Source: Selaginella moellendorffii (Eukaryota; Plantae; Lycopodiophyta). Taken from it: DNA of 64,000 nucleotides. The stretch covers positions 62,001 to 126,000 of the forward strand of contig NW_003314267.1 in the NCBI RefSeq assembly GCF_000143415.4, written 5' to 3'. The translations under genes were made by a program, and so were the position numbers. The notes under the pieces are model-generated. The model was given only the letters and a program-made list of their open reading frames with translations. It was not told the DNA's origin and searched no databases. Shown in pieces: positions 46,330 through 59,520 of this stretch (positions within the stretch are counted from its first letter, which is position 1; every line of letters begins with the position of its first letter).

Positions 46330-46902
46330 AAAGTGAAAACGTCCATGGCCACATAAACAAACCTATATAGATTTTGAATAAAATATTCTGGCAGAGTTTT
46401 ACTTGGAGTCGTGGCTAGTAATTTCCACTTCGGATGCTTCTTGCACAATTGAGTCATCCTTGCAGAGTCAATTTGCAAACAGACCTAGTGTTCTTGTCCT
46501 ATAATATAGAAAGTCTTGAGTAGCTAGAAGTTTCTGTATGGAATGGAAATTGTTCAGCTTGAAAATTGGCATCCAGAATTGTAATTTCGAGAAGCTGTTT
46601 TGGATTGCAGTTAAACAGAATGCTAGTCCAAACTTTTTCAAAACTCATACACTACGATTTGCTGAGGATCAAGATGTTTATCCAAGTGTTATGTGGATTA
46701 CCACCACTTCGTCTACTTGGGTTTGTTTCAAGGTGGTGGCAGTTCTCTGGTCCATGGTTGAGGCCATACATGACATGGCTCCTCTCATCAAGCGCGGTTT
46801 TGGTATTTACCAGGGCTTTCCCGTGAGGCTTAGAGAATTCAAGGTGACGAAATGAGAAACTGAACAAATCGTGGGGAAAATCTTTTTCTTTCGTGCTCTA
46901 GC

Positions 46903-49737
46903 CTACAAAAAGCGTTCGATTTCCATCTCAACGTAAGAACAAGGATCCGGAATGTCGAAGTTCTTGAGCACCTGCAGAGCGGAGCTTAAAAGAGACCACG
47001 TGACGAGGTTACGTACCTGAGGATGGATAATTCCAAAGGATCCAACGCAGGAGCCTTTGTAGAAAATCTTGGCTTGACGACCCTTGAAAAGCTCTGGTTC
47101 CTGTGGGAGGCAGCGAAACGAGCTTAGTATTACATTACAAACGATAAGAACTTTTCCTTACATTGGATGGCTCCACGGTGTAGCCGTCGACTGGAACATT
47201 GAGAACGTTCATGATTCTATCCAGGAGGCCGTGTATGATCTGGAAGGCAGGCTTGGTCATTCCATTTGTTCTACAGACAACATTAGCTTACTTCGAAGCC
47301 AGACGTGGTGCTGCAGTACAAAGCAGCCAGATGACGGGAATTTGCAGCTCCTACATCCTTACTGGGATCCAGGAGAACTACGTCAGAGATCTCGAAAACC
47401 TGCATAAAGATAGGACGAATTTAGAGAAAAACCGATGCGATGGATCAAAGCGGGGCAAGCAAGCGCGGGGAGACGAAGAAAAGTTCGAAGAGATGATAGT
47501 ATCTTGATCAATACCTTCACTGGACGAGGAACATCTTTGCTGTGTTCCATGACTTTTAGAATACCAGGCAGTAGACTCGTCCGCAGAACCTGAAAAGCCA
47601 AAGAATTAACGAAACAGTGAAACAAAGGGCTCTTTATACCCACCTCAAAGTCGCTGCTTCGAGGATTGCTAACTATTGCAGCAATCTTCTCGTCATCCTT
47701 CCTGTTCAACAACGTAAAGTTTTCCTTCTTGGACACTAGGACCCAGTTAAGGACTTCGCTGAACCCGGCCATTGCCAGCTGCGAAACAAGGCCACAAATT
47801 GAGTTGCTTTCGATTTCTCAAGTCAACCAAAATACCTCAAGTCTTAGCAAGTCACTGAACTCGTTAAGGGGTTGCTGCCTCCCTTCAGTGCTGGTTTTTG
47901 GTCTAGTCTTTGGAATGTTGTTAAAGCCATACGCAACAGCAACGTCCTATAGCCGTAAGATTGAGCTTTGAGACGGATGAAACAAAGACAGTACCTCCAT
48001 TACATCGCAAGGATGCAGAATATCACTTCTTGTTGGCGGTATAAACACTTGGATTTTGTCCCCATCTATCTCCTTAGACGTCAATTGCATTTTGCTCAGT
48101 AGATCCACAATCTGGAAGAGTCAAAACGTTTTATAGTAAAGGACGCAGATTAAGGAAAGAAGATACATTACCTCTCCAGCTTGAAGTGGTACTCCAATGG
48201 ATTTCTTAATGTATGATAAATCTACGTCCATGGTGCGCAAGGAAAGATCAGGACATCTCGTGACTCTTCCAACTGGATCCACCACATCGACCGGTTCAAC
48301 TTCGAATTTCTCATCGCAGTACCCGGAAAACATTGCAACCTGCTGGCAAATCTCAGTGACTCCAAGTTGAAAAAGCAGCACTTACCATCGTGTTTAATAC
48401 GATTTTAGCCTTGGTTAAATCCGTGGCGGTACATTCTATGAGAACGTTCTTGGTATTCAAGCTGATAGCCGAATGAGCACCGTTTATAATCGGCGGCAGC
48501 GAAAGAACTGTCCTGGTGATTAATAACGAAAAGAAAAGAACGAACGAACGATGAGTGTTAATGAACGATGAGTTGAGTTTTACCTGTTGCTGTCGTATAT
48601 CACAGGGAAGACTGGCGAGTCCTCTATAATGTGGAGAAATTTCTTTAGCTTCAAATCCGACTGTTGAAAACACTGTGTTAGAAAAGCTGATTCGCAAACA
48701 CATTGTAGACACACGGCTACCTTGTAAAACTCCATCAATTCTTTTGCTGTAAACTCTTGTGCCTGCCACCAAAAAGCACAAGACAAAGTTACGCTCCATG
48801 AATTGAATTTGGTACCTGCTTCAATGGGATGAACTTTATTTCTGATGGAGGAAGAGCCTGCAAAGTGAATGCATATTTAGAAGTAAGAATAAAGGTCTTC
48901 AACAGTTTTAAAAACGAACGAACTTCGTAAGTGAAAGGTCCCTGTAGTGTGTCCAGATCATGAGTTCCAATTGCAACCAAGGTTCTCTTCCTTAAAAAAA
49001 TAATAACGAGTTGAACATATGCTTCACGTTTACGAAAATTACCTGCAAATATTTTGATGGAGTCTGTCTTGGAGGTCGATGAAACTGGCGTAGCGTGCTT
49101 GATCGAAAGTGATACCCCTGAGAATAGCGCAAACTACAAACGGCCTGATCACTGCAGTCTAAACAACCAGGAAGAAAACTTCAACAAAAGACCAGATAAA
49201 ATTATTAACACTACCTCTGGTTTCACGATCATCTTCAGGATTGAGGAGTCGGGAAGTCTCGAAAGTCTGTAAGTTGGCATTTTCTCGACCCGCAAGAAGA
49301 TTCGCAATTGCCGACAAATCCCCTCCGGACAAAGGAGATCATATCTGGAAACAAAGAAAAAACTTCAATACAGAAGGAAGAAAGAGTTTCCAGAACAAAT
49401 GCAGGAGAGTTTCCATACCGGTTTGCAGGAACCTCGATCTTGTAGATAACCTCTTCGTCCTCGTCCGCTTCATTCTCCTGCAAATGCTTCTCTTTCCTGA
49501 TTATAGCTTTCTCTGTCGTCTGGAAAAAGGCCAGAGTCATCAAGCAGCGGCAATGTAGCGAATTTCACACTCACCACATCGTCCAGCTCGATTCCAATCA
49601 CGAAGCACAGCTCGTCGAATTCCTCTTGCGCTGCCAGGCGAACATCAGAGCGCTGACGCGCACATCAGAATTTTCTTACTGTAAACCCTCCCCAGCATCG
49701 TATGGAGCAACTCCCTGGCGACGCTCACCGTCGGCAT
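46903..49737 (-). CDS. FARSB: Cytosolic phenylalanine-tRNA ligase beta subunit, multi-exon
   Basis: [107 protein letters not shown]. Confidence 0.95.
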
Positions 49738-51106
49738 TGCCTCAAAGAGGTTTAGGGCTGAAAAGAATATCCTTGAAGGCTCCTCACCGCTGATGGTTTG
49801 TTCCAATCCAACGGCTCATCTGCAACCATGAAAGCTTACTAATAATTAAAACGAAGGGGAAAAATGGGTTTGTTGTTTTGGCGGCAAATGGGCTGAAGAA
49901 GGCATCGGCAAGGAGCCAAGGCGGGGTTGTGAATAAGGCTCCATCACAGTGATTGGGTTAACGAGACGCTTGGGGCAAGGTGTGTATTTGTGCTCTAATT
50001 GCCTAAGAGAGAAGGTGGGGCAGGAAATCTGGATTTTTGCAGCTTCTCAGGAATTCTGGATTGGAAGACTATGAGTCGGGCAACGATTGTAGAAGCCTTC
50101 TAGAAGAGGAGCCGCAAGTGCCTCGAATGTGGATAACTGTAGCCACCAGACCAGAAAGGTCTTTTTCCCAATTCCAGAAGCGGCTGAGCTTCTCTCTTTT
50201 GGTTGTTGTTTTCCAGGTTTTTCATTCAGGGACGGTTCAAACGAGCAGAGAAATTACGGATGTGTGCGAGTGAGAGCGAGTGGTAGTCTCGACTGCTACC
50301 AAGATGGAGAGGTCAGATTGTAAAACTCTGTTCTTCACAACTCTTTGATTGTATTGATAGATTGCAAGGAAAAACCCGCTCTGTAGCCATAGCGCCATGG
50401 CTGTTGCGGGCTTCAAGCCTTGAGCAATACAAGTTAATTTTCTTGTAGAGGTGCCCTTAGTTCACAACGCAGTGTTTTGCAAATCCACTAATCTAATGCA
50501 GCAGTAGAGGTTACAGCTGCAAAGAGGGTGGCGATGGATCTGTTGGACACGCTCTAGCCGCGCATGGCAGGTTTCTTTCATTGAGTTTTGTATTCATGCC
50601 CGCATTTTAGGAGTGTCACATATGAACTGAAATCAGCTTGAAGCAAACAACATCCACTAAGTTTCACAGCATTTGATTGCATCGAATATTGCTTAGTCCT
50701 GAGAACAAGACACAGCTGGTGGCTAAAAGCAAAATAAGGTCTGTCCACAGTGACAATCAACTTGTGGCAAAGTGAGTTATATTAGCTGTAGTAGTGGGCA
50801 AGAGAAAAGTGAACGACTCAACACCTTTTGCAACAATTTCCTTACTACAAGAGCTCATCGGTGAGAAGCTGTGGAGAACAAGGGATTGTGGGCTCTAGGA
50901 GGTAGAAATAAGTATCTAGTGGAGTTAATGGACGAGATAAAGCAAATGATGGTTGATTAAGTACATCTCACTTTTCTTAATTGAGTTGAACTAGTCAGTG
51001 GTCACACTTGAACTAGTCTAGTTTGCATTTGTTTATGAGCTAATTTTACGTAGGCTGCATTTTATGCATCGGAAATTTATAATAGTATATATTTTATAGA
51101 TTTGAA

Positions 51107-51450
51107 TCTGATTGAATTTTGTGGTCAAAGTGGTTTTGTCATGGTTGCTAAGTAGTATGCACTTTCTGCACTAGTATCTAGTTGAATTTAGTGGTCAAAG
51201 TGGTTTTGTCATGGTTCTTAAGTAGTATACATTATATATGATTGAATTCAATGGTTGACGTGGTTCTATAAGTAGTGTGCATTTTTTTCAGAAGTGTCTG
51301 ATTGAATTTAGTGGTTAAAATGGTGCTATCATGGTCTAAGTAGTATGCATTTTCTACATTGATATCTGAAATAATTCAATGGCTGAAGTAGTTCTAAGTA
51401 GTATTCATTTTTTATAGTGGTTGAAGTGGTTCTATCATGGTTCTGATACT
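51107..51450. repeat. Degenerate tandem repeat, about 6 copies of a 50-70-bp unit; one inverted copy at ~52075-52130
   Basis: Unit consensus tctgattgaatttagtggtcaaagtggttttgtcatggttctaagtagtatgcatt. Confidence 0.8.
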
Positions 51451-52197
51451 GTGGTATGAATGGTATACTGTGTGAACCATGTGTGATCCTCTAGTGAATT
51501 ATGATGTTGTCATCGAAGGCACTTAGCTCTTTTGGACACCACTTGATTAGTTGACATTACACTAGTTTCACACTTCCCTCAATGCAAGCTAAACATTATC
51601 ATTTAATCTCATCCACCCTAGTAAACTACTTGCCTCCAAAAGTTAGATAACTCTGATGTTTAAGTATGAGCATGTCATGTTTCCTCATAGCCACAAATAT
51701 TGTAATGACAAGATCATTCCTCCCCATGAAATGCCAAATGGATTTCACCTTATGTTTCACAACTCTTCTAGCAAGTAAGTCATTTGTATATGATATTTGC
51801 AGCACCATATGTTGAGGTTGGTTAATGGCTAACATAATATGGCTTCAAGCTCTCATAATGTTGACATCAAGATGGGTTGTGGTCAACTTTCTATATAAGT
51901 CCAACTAGTGACAATATAAAGTGCTATCTTGTATTATTTATATCATAAATAAAAGCAATGAGATTTTATTTACCAAAAAACAAATGACCAATGTAAATAT
52001 TAAAAACCACTATTATCACTTAGAGGCTATTAATTGCAGCAAACATAACTGATCAGTGTTGATGGTACAAAGTATATACTACCTAAGAATCATGACAGAA
52101 CTGTTTCAATTGCTGAATTCAATCAGATACCATGGTATACTGTGTGAACTAACTAAATATCAATTGTAAGAGAAGCAAAGAGAAGGTGGAGAGTGTA

Positions 52198-52270
52198 AAG
52201 GAGGGGAATGCCTAAGGCAGGGCTAGTGACTGGAGTGAAGTCGTAACAAAGTAGCCGTACTGGAAGGTGC
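52198..52270 (+). pseudogene. rrn16: Plastid-type 16S rRNA 3' fragment (NUPT-like), inside an LTR-like unit at 52165-52502
   Basis: aaggaggggaatgcctaaggcagggctagtgactggagtgaagtcgtaacaaagtagccgtactggaaggtgc matches the recalled chloroplast 16S helix 44-45 region, including the GAAGTCGTAACAA universal motif. Confidence 0.85.
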
Positions 52271-53558
52271 TGGGGCTTGGGGGAGGGTGAGGAGGAAGCG
52301 ATCGAGGAGTCACAGTACTGATCCTGGAGTCCGCAGAAAACTTGACATCCCCCCTTGACCTTACTGAGGCCCTTTATATCTGGTGGGTAACAGCGCTAGC
52401 ACCTTCCCTATATCCTCGTCTAAGACATGGAGCCTTCATCCTGGTTCTTGGGGGATGAAATGGTGGCCGTTGATTCCTGGTCGTCCAATTCCTACGGTCA
52501 CAATTAGAATCCTGGCCGTCCGATTTTAACAGTCGGTTTAAATCGAAGGTTTTGGAAGCATGGGCTCCCTTATCATCTGATTCATCCCAATGGAACTTGA
52601 GAGAGCTGTGGACAGAATAACGTTTGAAATTGAAAGAATAGTTTGCGGATCATTTCCTTAGTGTTTATCTCGGATGTTTTTCACACGACAACTCCATGGA
52701 GCTTTTGCTTGATGAACACTGCGATTGGATTGAAGTTCCTAGACTTCAGGTACTAAGTGGCTTTCTGGATCCATTGCGTAGTTTTTTAGAACTTATGTTG
52801 ATCACACAGCTTTAGTGAGGATGGAACGCTCTTGGCTGCCACTACAAACGGTGGCAAAACTTTTGTGTGGGGGCTTGATGGAGGCCATTGTTTGCGCATT
52901 CACTCTTAAGGCGATGTTCATGGCCGCAGCTCCATCTAGCGTCAAGCAAAGCTGAAAAAACAGTTTCCTTTACTTACTGTTCTTACTGTTCTTCCTTTCG
53001 TTCGTGGCTCCCACGCCATAACCAGTGCGAAGATTGGAACGCACGAGGACTTCGCATGCATCCTTTCTAGATTGATTAGTAGCAACACAAAGCTACTGGA
53101 ATTGTAACTATTGCTTCCTTCCATTGATTTTCTTCTCACACAGGGTAATAATTCATCTCATGAACACAAGCCGGTGATAGTCACTTCTAGTCTTGGCAAC
53201 TTTTTTTGTTTCCCACCAAGCCTTGAAGAAAACAAAAAACTGTTTTTCTGAATCAGCAAAGTTTAAATGCTACAAACACTCAGTATATGATCTTCCTAGC
53301 TTGGACTTACACCATCAACCGGTGTAGAAAGTTAGACAAAGCTAGTAACCTCTGTTTTGTAAGATATCTCCGCTCACTTCTTGCCTTGATGACGTTAGAG
53401 CCACCTTCTCTCCACCCGATGAAAATCTGCCACCGAAGTTCTATCACTCCCGATGGGGATCATCACGGAGTGTTAAGCCACCGGCTTCAAGCTTAAATCC
53501 AAGTACCTAACCATGCCTGCGACAACTTGATCCCGGCATTTGCATCGAAAGCTGGAAC

Positions 53559-55572
53559 TCAGTGAGGCAGGAGCCCTATCTTCCTCCTCCCCCACCTCCT
53601 CCTGATCACCGAGAGGAAGTAGAGGAAGAAGAGGAAGAGCAGCGCAACCAGCAGCCCGGCAAGGATTGGAAGAAGCAGCGGGGTTGCCGCCACAGCCGTC
53701 GCTTGCAAGTTGAGATCATTGGAGGAAGCCAGCTGAAGATACGCATTGCTGCTGCTGCTGCCGCCACCTTCGCCTTCCAACAGCGAGTTCAGGAAGGCAT
53801 CACTGCTGCTAATGCCTTCTCCTTCAAATAACTCGATGAAATCACTGGCACTGGCACTGCTGCTGCTCACCCCGACGTCATACACTAAACTCTGAGAGCT
53901 CGATATTGAAGTCCCTTCAGCTTCTTGAAACGTTTCGGTGTTGATCCTCTTGGCCTTCCCACCATCCTGGCCCAAGCTTCGAGGGAACCACCGCCACATA
54001 AAAGGTGGTGGCGATGCTGGTGGTGGTGAAGCATTGCTGCTAGCCTCCTTAGTGTCACCAGTGCCGCTAGCCAGTAACTTCTGAGATGGAAATCCTGTGG
54101 CTGCATGGGACTTTAGCACCTGTTCAATGTCCATTTTAGTATGAATATCTGGTTCCTGTCAGCAGAGGCATACCTTGTAGGATGACTCGTCGGCCATTGC
54201 TGCTGCAAGTTCTTCACTATTCTTGTATGGAAGCCTCCTGTGCATTCTCACACCATCACCTCGCAAGCTCCGCCAAAAGACTGAAGCTGGTGTCGATGAA
54301 ACATCAGCTTGCCTCAACAACTTTCGAGATCCTGCTGCTGCATGAGACTTTAGCACCTGTTCAGCGTAGATCTTAGTACGAATACATATCTGATTCCTGT
54401 CAACGGAGACATACCTTGTAGGATGACTCCTCGGCCATTGCTGCCACAAGTTCTTGTCCTTCACTATTGTTGTCTGGAGGCCTCCTGTGCTTTCTCACGC
54501 TGCTAGTGCCATCGCCTCTCAACCTCTGCCAAAAGACTGAAGCTTGTTCTTCTCCATCTTGTTGTGCGCGCAGTGGAGCTATGAAGCCATCCACCCAGCG
54601 GAACAGAGAAGGGCCATTCTCGTTGGAGACGAAGATAGGAGGACCTGGCGCTGCTTCCAGAAGCATCCGTCGGGAACTGATAACTGGGAATCGATGCCAC
54701 CCCAAGAAGTTCTTGAGTTCTTCCCATAATTCCTGGGACGTCACCTCGTCCTCCTCCAAGCCCGCGTTCAAAAGCCTACTCCACATTTCTTCTTTTATCG
54801 ACTGAAAAGTGGTCGGTAGCTTCCAACTCCACTCTCCAACTAGCTTCTTAAATTCCTCCACCTCCAGATGCATTTCGGCTCTGGACGGTAGCTGCACCGA
54901 CGGGAATGTCCAGGTCCGAAAATAGCTCTGGATATCCTCCCAGCTCAGGTTGTCGTCGTCGTCGTCGTCGATTGCAAGCGTCTTGCCACCAAGAGAAGTA
55001 TATTGAACTGAATCCACAGCGCCAACCATGACCGCCTCTAGCTGCAAGAGAAGGTTGGTGCGGTTCCAAGCAAACCATCTAAGCTCTCCAGTTACCTCTT
55101 GCGAATCATGGTTTTCATCCTCGAGTACAGGTAATGGTGGTGGATCATACTCGGGAACACTTGATGCTGCTCCGGCAATAACTGCCTCGAGGTGCGAGGG
55201 TGGTGCTGGCGAGGATGAATCCTCCAGCTCGATTGGAGCAACCGGCTGCAAGCGAAGATTAGCTACATCTGGAGTTACCTCTTGCAAGTCATGCTCGTCA
55301 TCCTCTTCGAGTTCATACTCGGGAACAGTTGATGCTGGGTCACTGCTGGCGATCACTGCCTCGAGCTGCGAGGGCAGTGCTGGGAAACCCTCCGCTTTCT
55401 TGTCGGCAGGAGTCTGCCCGCACGCGAAAAATGTCAAGGAACAAGAAAAAATGACAGAAACGAGCGAGCTCTACACACCTCAAGGAGGAGGACCTTCAAT
55501 CCTGTTGCCTGTGTGCTTGCCTGTGCTGGAGCGCGTCGCAACCAGGAGAACGCCAATGCTAGAGCTTCCATC
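53559..55572 (-). CDS. Orphan repetitive acidic protein with C-terminal transmembrane anchor; predicted exons 55572-55480, 55413-54416, 54357-54175, 54118-53559 (start uncertain)
   Basis: Open frames joined by phase-0 GT-AG introns; internal repeats; TM segment PLLLPILAGLLVALLFLFFLYFLSVI followed by RRRWGRRK. Confidence 0.6.
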
Positions 55573-57299
55573 ACCGCCAATATAATAGGGCAGGGTTACT
55601 ATGTAAAGTATCGATTTAGAAGATCGTGAGAGATCGAAGGAATATATGTAGAAAGATTTGCTTGGATCTCAGCCAGATCGCGAATCTGAGGATCATCAGC
55701 GGAGGAAAACCTCATGTCTTGTTTCGGCAAAAACGTCACCAAGGGCGATCCATAAAAAAGAACCTCAATTATGGACAAGATGCATGCCTCGCATTTTTCC
55801 AAAAGTGTGACTAAGTCTCGCTCTTCTTTGCCTTTCCATGGATGAGACCTTGGTAGACGTCGCCATTTGCATAGTAAAACGTATTGGTCTTGCCTTGGAC
55901 CGAATTTCCGTCCTAGGAGATCGTCCATCGACCTTGGAAACGTAGAATCACGCGACGAAAAGAGAAGAAGGGATTTACGATTGTTACTTCATTCATTTCC
56001 GGTTGTCCTCCTCCACAACGTCCTTTATACGAACCACCTTGAAAGCACATCTCCACCGATGGAGGAGTTCACTCGTTTTCCTGATGAAACTAATGTAAGA
56101 ACAAACCAAATGGAAACTTACGCAGCTCGTTGCGACAGAGATTGCTCTGGCCTGTTGCTATTTCTGTCTTGGATCAAGTCGGAGGCCACCGCGTCGATTC
56201 CCATCCTTAGAACGCCGTTGTTAGGCACTGCAGCAGGGTCATAAGGCAATGGTTGCACCTTGCTTGCTTCGTGTGGTTCCATGTAGCTGTTTGCTTGTGC
56301 TTGCTGGATTTCTCGAACTCAACCAAGCTGCCGAGGCTCAGATTTTGATGCAGAACGGTGAATGTGGGAGTCACGGTAGTGCATTTCATCCTTTCGTGCT
56401 CGCTTTGATTTGCATCAGTTCCTGCCTCTCTTGCTCGCAACTATTAGTATCGAGACGTATACACCAGAAACGAGATGGTAATCATGTTGAGGCGATCGCC
56501 CGATAGCCCAAGGATCCGAGCAGAACCGAATGGTAGTAAATGAATGAAGTAGAGAAACGTATCTTACCATTTCTGACATAGAGAATTCAGTAGTTCCATC
56601 ACCTGTAAAAGACGATGGCAATTGTTAGAAACTGGAAGCAATGTCGCAACTTACAGATATCAGTCTCTTGTTAGTAATGTCTCGTGAACCTCACATAACT
56701 TGCAAAAAAGATGAGCCTTCTTACCGAGAAGCAAGTCATCAGCAGCTTTAAGACTAGAAGAGCAAACAACACCGAAACAGTAAAAACTGATAGCTTATTA
56801 AGAAAGACTTACTTTCGCCAGATGGTTTTGTGGCAATACAAAACCCGAGACCACCACCGGTGCGCGCAAGCCTGAGTTTGGCACATACTGCGTCCAAGCC
56901 TTGACACAAAGAACCTTGAAACGCATGCCCTTCAAATGGAAAATTACTCGTACAAACATACCAACACAATCGCAGCTTCCACAGTGATGGATTTTCAGCA
57001 AGACGAATAAGTGATCCTCCCCTGAGCAAAGCAATGTTTCACGGAAACGAGTAAAGGAGAAAAATTTGTGAAAAAAACAAACTGTCGCGAGCTCCACAAT
57101 GCTGCCCGTGACGATTCTAGCTCGAGATGTTTCTCCTTCTCTTGTCTAGAACCAACCACTCTTCTCTCTAAATACCTCCAAAACACAGGAATCACACAAC
57201 CACACTCCACTGGGCAGTAAAAGATCAATGACACGGGTATGGCTGCAAACACAGCTTTAGCCTCATCAAGATGCCTTTCTTGGGTATTTTCTGCAAGTA

Positions 57300-57545
57300 T
57301 AGATGTCCAACTACATCCCTCTCAGGCATTTTGACATAGATATATTTTTTCTCCAGGAGCTTCAAATTTGAGGTGTATCAATGGAACATGATATTACAGA
57401 AGACAAAATTTCGATCAAAGCCATGATCAAACATCGCCTTTGCCTCGTCCAGATGCCCGTTTTGGGCATACGCTACCAGCATCGCCGAGAAGCTCACTAG
57501 ATTCCCGCCGTCTTTGTGCAAAAAGATGCTATAGCTCACATTTTG
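57300..57545 (-). pseudogene. PPR relic
   Basis: GNLVSFSAMLVAYAQNGHLDEAKAMFD; further MPERDVVG-like remnant. Confidence 0.6.
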
Positions 57546-57622
57546 CCGTTGATGGTAGGAAACCAGTCCTGGCCGTCCAATTCCAACGGTCATAACCTAA
57601 ATTTTGAAGTCCTAAACCCTGC

Positions 57623-59520
57623 ATGAAAGAGTTGAGCCGGGGGGAATGCGTAGATCTCATATCCTCGTGCACGACACTTCCGGATGCCAAGATCATCCAC
57701 GCGCGAGTGGCGTGCAGCCCGCGCATGATCGATTCGGGCCTCTTCCTCTCCAATCTCCTCATCCAGATGTATGGCCGGTGTGGCAGCACCGCCCACGCCC
57801 GCCGCGTCTTCGACGCCCTGGACGTGAAGAACGTCTTCTCCTACAATCTCTTGCTCACCGCCTACGCCCGCAACGACCAGATCGACGACGCCATCGCCCT
57901 CTTCGATCGCATCCCCGACAAGAACCTGGCCTCCTGGAACGCGATGCTCGCCTCCTACGCACGGATCGGCCGGATCGGCGACGCGCAGAGGATCTTCGAC
58001 GCGATGCCGGCCAGGAACACGATCTCCTGGACGGCGATGCTGTCCGCCTACGCGCAGATCGGCGAGACACGCCTCGCCGCTGCGATCTTCCGCGCGATGC
58101 CGGATCCGAGCCTCGTTTCCTGGAGCGCTATGCTGGTTGCGTGCGTTGACGCCGGGGATTTGGAGGGCGCGATGGCGCTGTTCCTGGCGATGCCGCTGCG
58201 CGATCTGGTGGCGTGGACGACGCTTCTGGTGGGATTTGCCGATAACGGGCATCTGGACAGCGCCAAGCGCGCGTTTGATTCCATGCCGGAGTGGAACATG
58301 GTAGCGTCGACCGCGATGATTGTCATCTTCTCTCAGAAGGGATCCTCGAAGAAGCGATTTCTATCTTTCGATCGATGCTCTACAGGGATCTAGTCGCGCT
58401 GACAGCGATGATTGTAGCATTTGCTCAGAACGGGCATTTGCTACAAGCTCAGAAAATCTTCGACACTATGCCAGATCGAAGCATCGTTTCCTGGACGGCG
58501 ATGTTGGCATGCTACTCACAGCTGGGGAGGATCAACCAAGCTAAAGAGATCTTTGAAGAGATGCCAGAGAGGAATCGCGTGGCTTGGAACACCATGCTTG
58601 CGGCAAACGCCCAGGAAGGGGATGTAGAGAGTGTGGAGCTCCTTCTCTCGCGAATGCCCGAGTGGGATCTAGTCTCCTGGACAGCGCTGGTCGTGGCGCT
58701 AGCGCACAGAGGCGAGCTTGATCACGCCAGGATCGTTTCCAAGCGCGTGAGCGACCTCGATCTCCGCCTCTCCAACGCGATCATGGCAGCAAGCGCGCTC
58801 GATCACAGCAAGCGCGTCTTCCAATCGATGCTCTACCGTGACATCTCGTCCTGGAACTCGATGCTGAGCGCCTACGCGCGCTCGGGCCGCATCGACGAGG
58901 CGCGCTGGATCTTCGATTCCATGCCGCAGCACGACGTCGTCTCGTGGAACGCGCTCCTCGCAGCGTACGCCCAGGCTGGTGATCTCGATCACGCCGCGAA
59001 GATCTTCTCGTGGGCGATGCCGGAGAGAGATCTCGTCTCCTGGACAGCGATGGCCGCCGCCTATGCCCACGCCGGCTTCCCCGACCGCGCGTCCGCGATC
59101 TTCGACGCCATGCCGGAGAGGAATCGCGTCTCGTGGGGCGTGGCGCTGGCGGCACAAGCCCAACGCGGCGCCGCCCGCAAGGCGGTGGAGATCTTCCAGA
59201 GGATGCAAGCCGAGGGGATTGGGGCGGACGAGATCTCCTTCGATTGTTTGCTGCTGGGATCCAGCCACGCCGGGAGATTGCGCGAGGGCTGCCACTACTT
59301 TCGATCCATGGGTTTGGATTTTGGGATGGCCCCCAGCAAGCAGCATTTCCAGTGCGTGGTGAGCTTGCTGGGGCGGGGCGGCCACGCGGACGAGGCGCGG
59401 AGCTTGGTCTCGGCCATGCCGTACGTCCCCGACATTGTGGACTGCCGGTCGCTGCTGTCGGCGACCGGGGGACAGGGACTTTGCGTTGACGCTTGGAAGT
59501 TGGCCAGGACCCAACATTGA
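57623..59520 (+). pseudogene. S-motif-rich PLS PPR gene with a 1-nt frameshift near 58340 and a truncated E domain (pseudogene or assembly error)
   Basis: PPR repeats run in one frame to IFSQKG and continue in the next frame as ILEEAISIFRSM; ends HFQCVVSLLGRGG..MPYVPDIVDCRSLLSA. Confidence 0.85.

Noticed and set aside
52198-52270. Functional rRNA gene or bacterial contamination
   Set aside because: Only ~73 nt, contiguous with plant nuclear DNA, and altered in the conserved AACAAGGT motif
52560-53200. Possible WD40-like exon remnants (SFSEDGTLLAATTNGGKTFVW)
   Set aside because: Too short and interrupted to call
55600-57290. Exon-like fragments on the minus strand upstream of the orphan gene
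   Set aside because: Splice-like signals are present, but frames contain stops and I recognise no family, so no model can be supported
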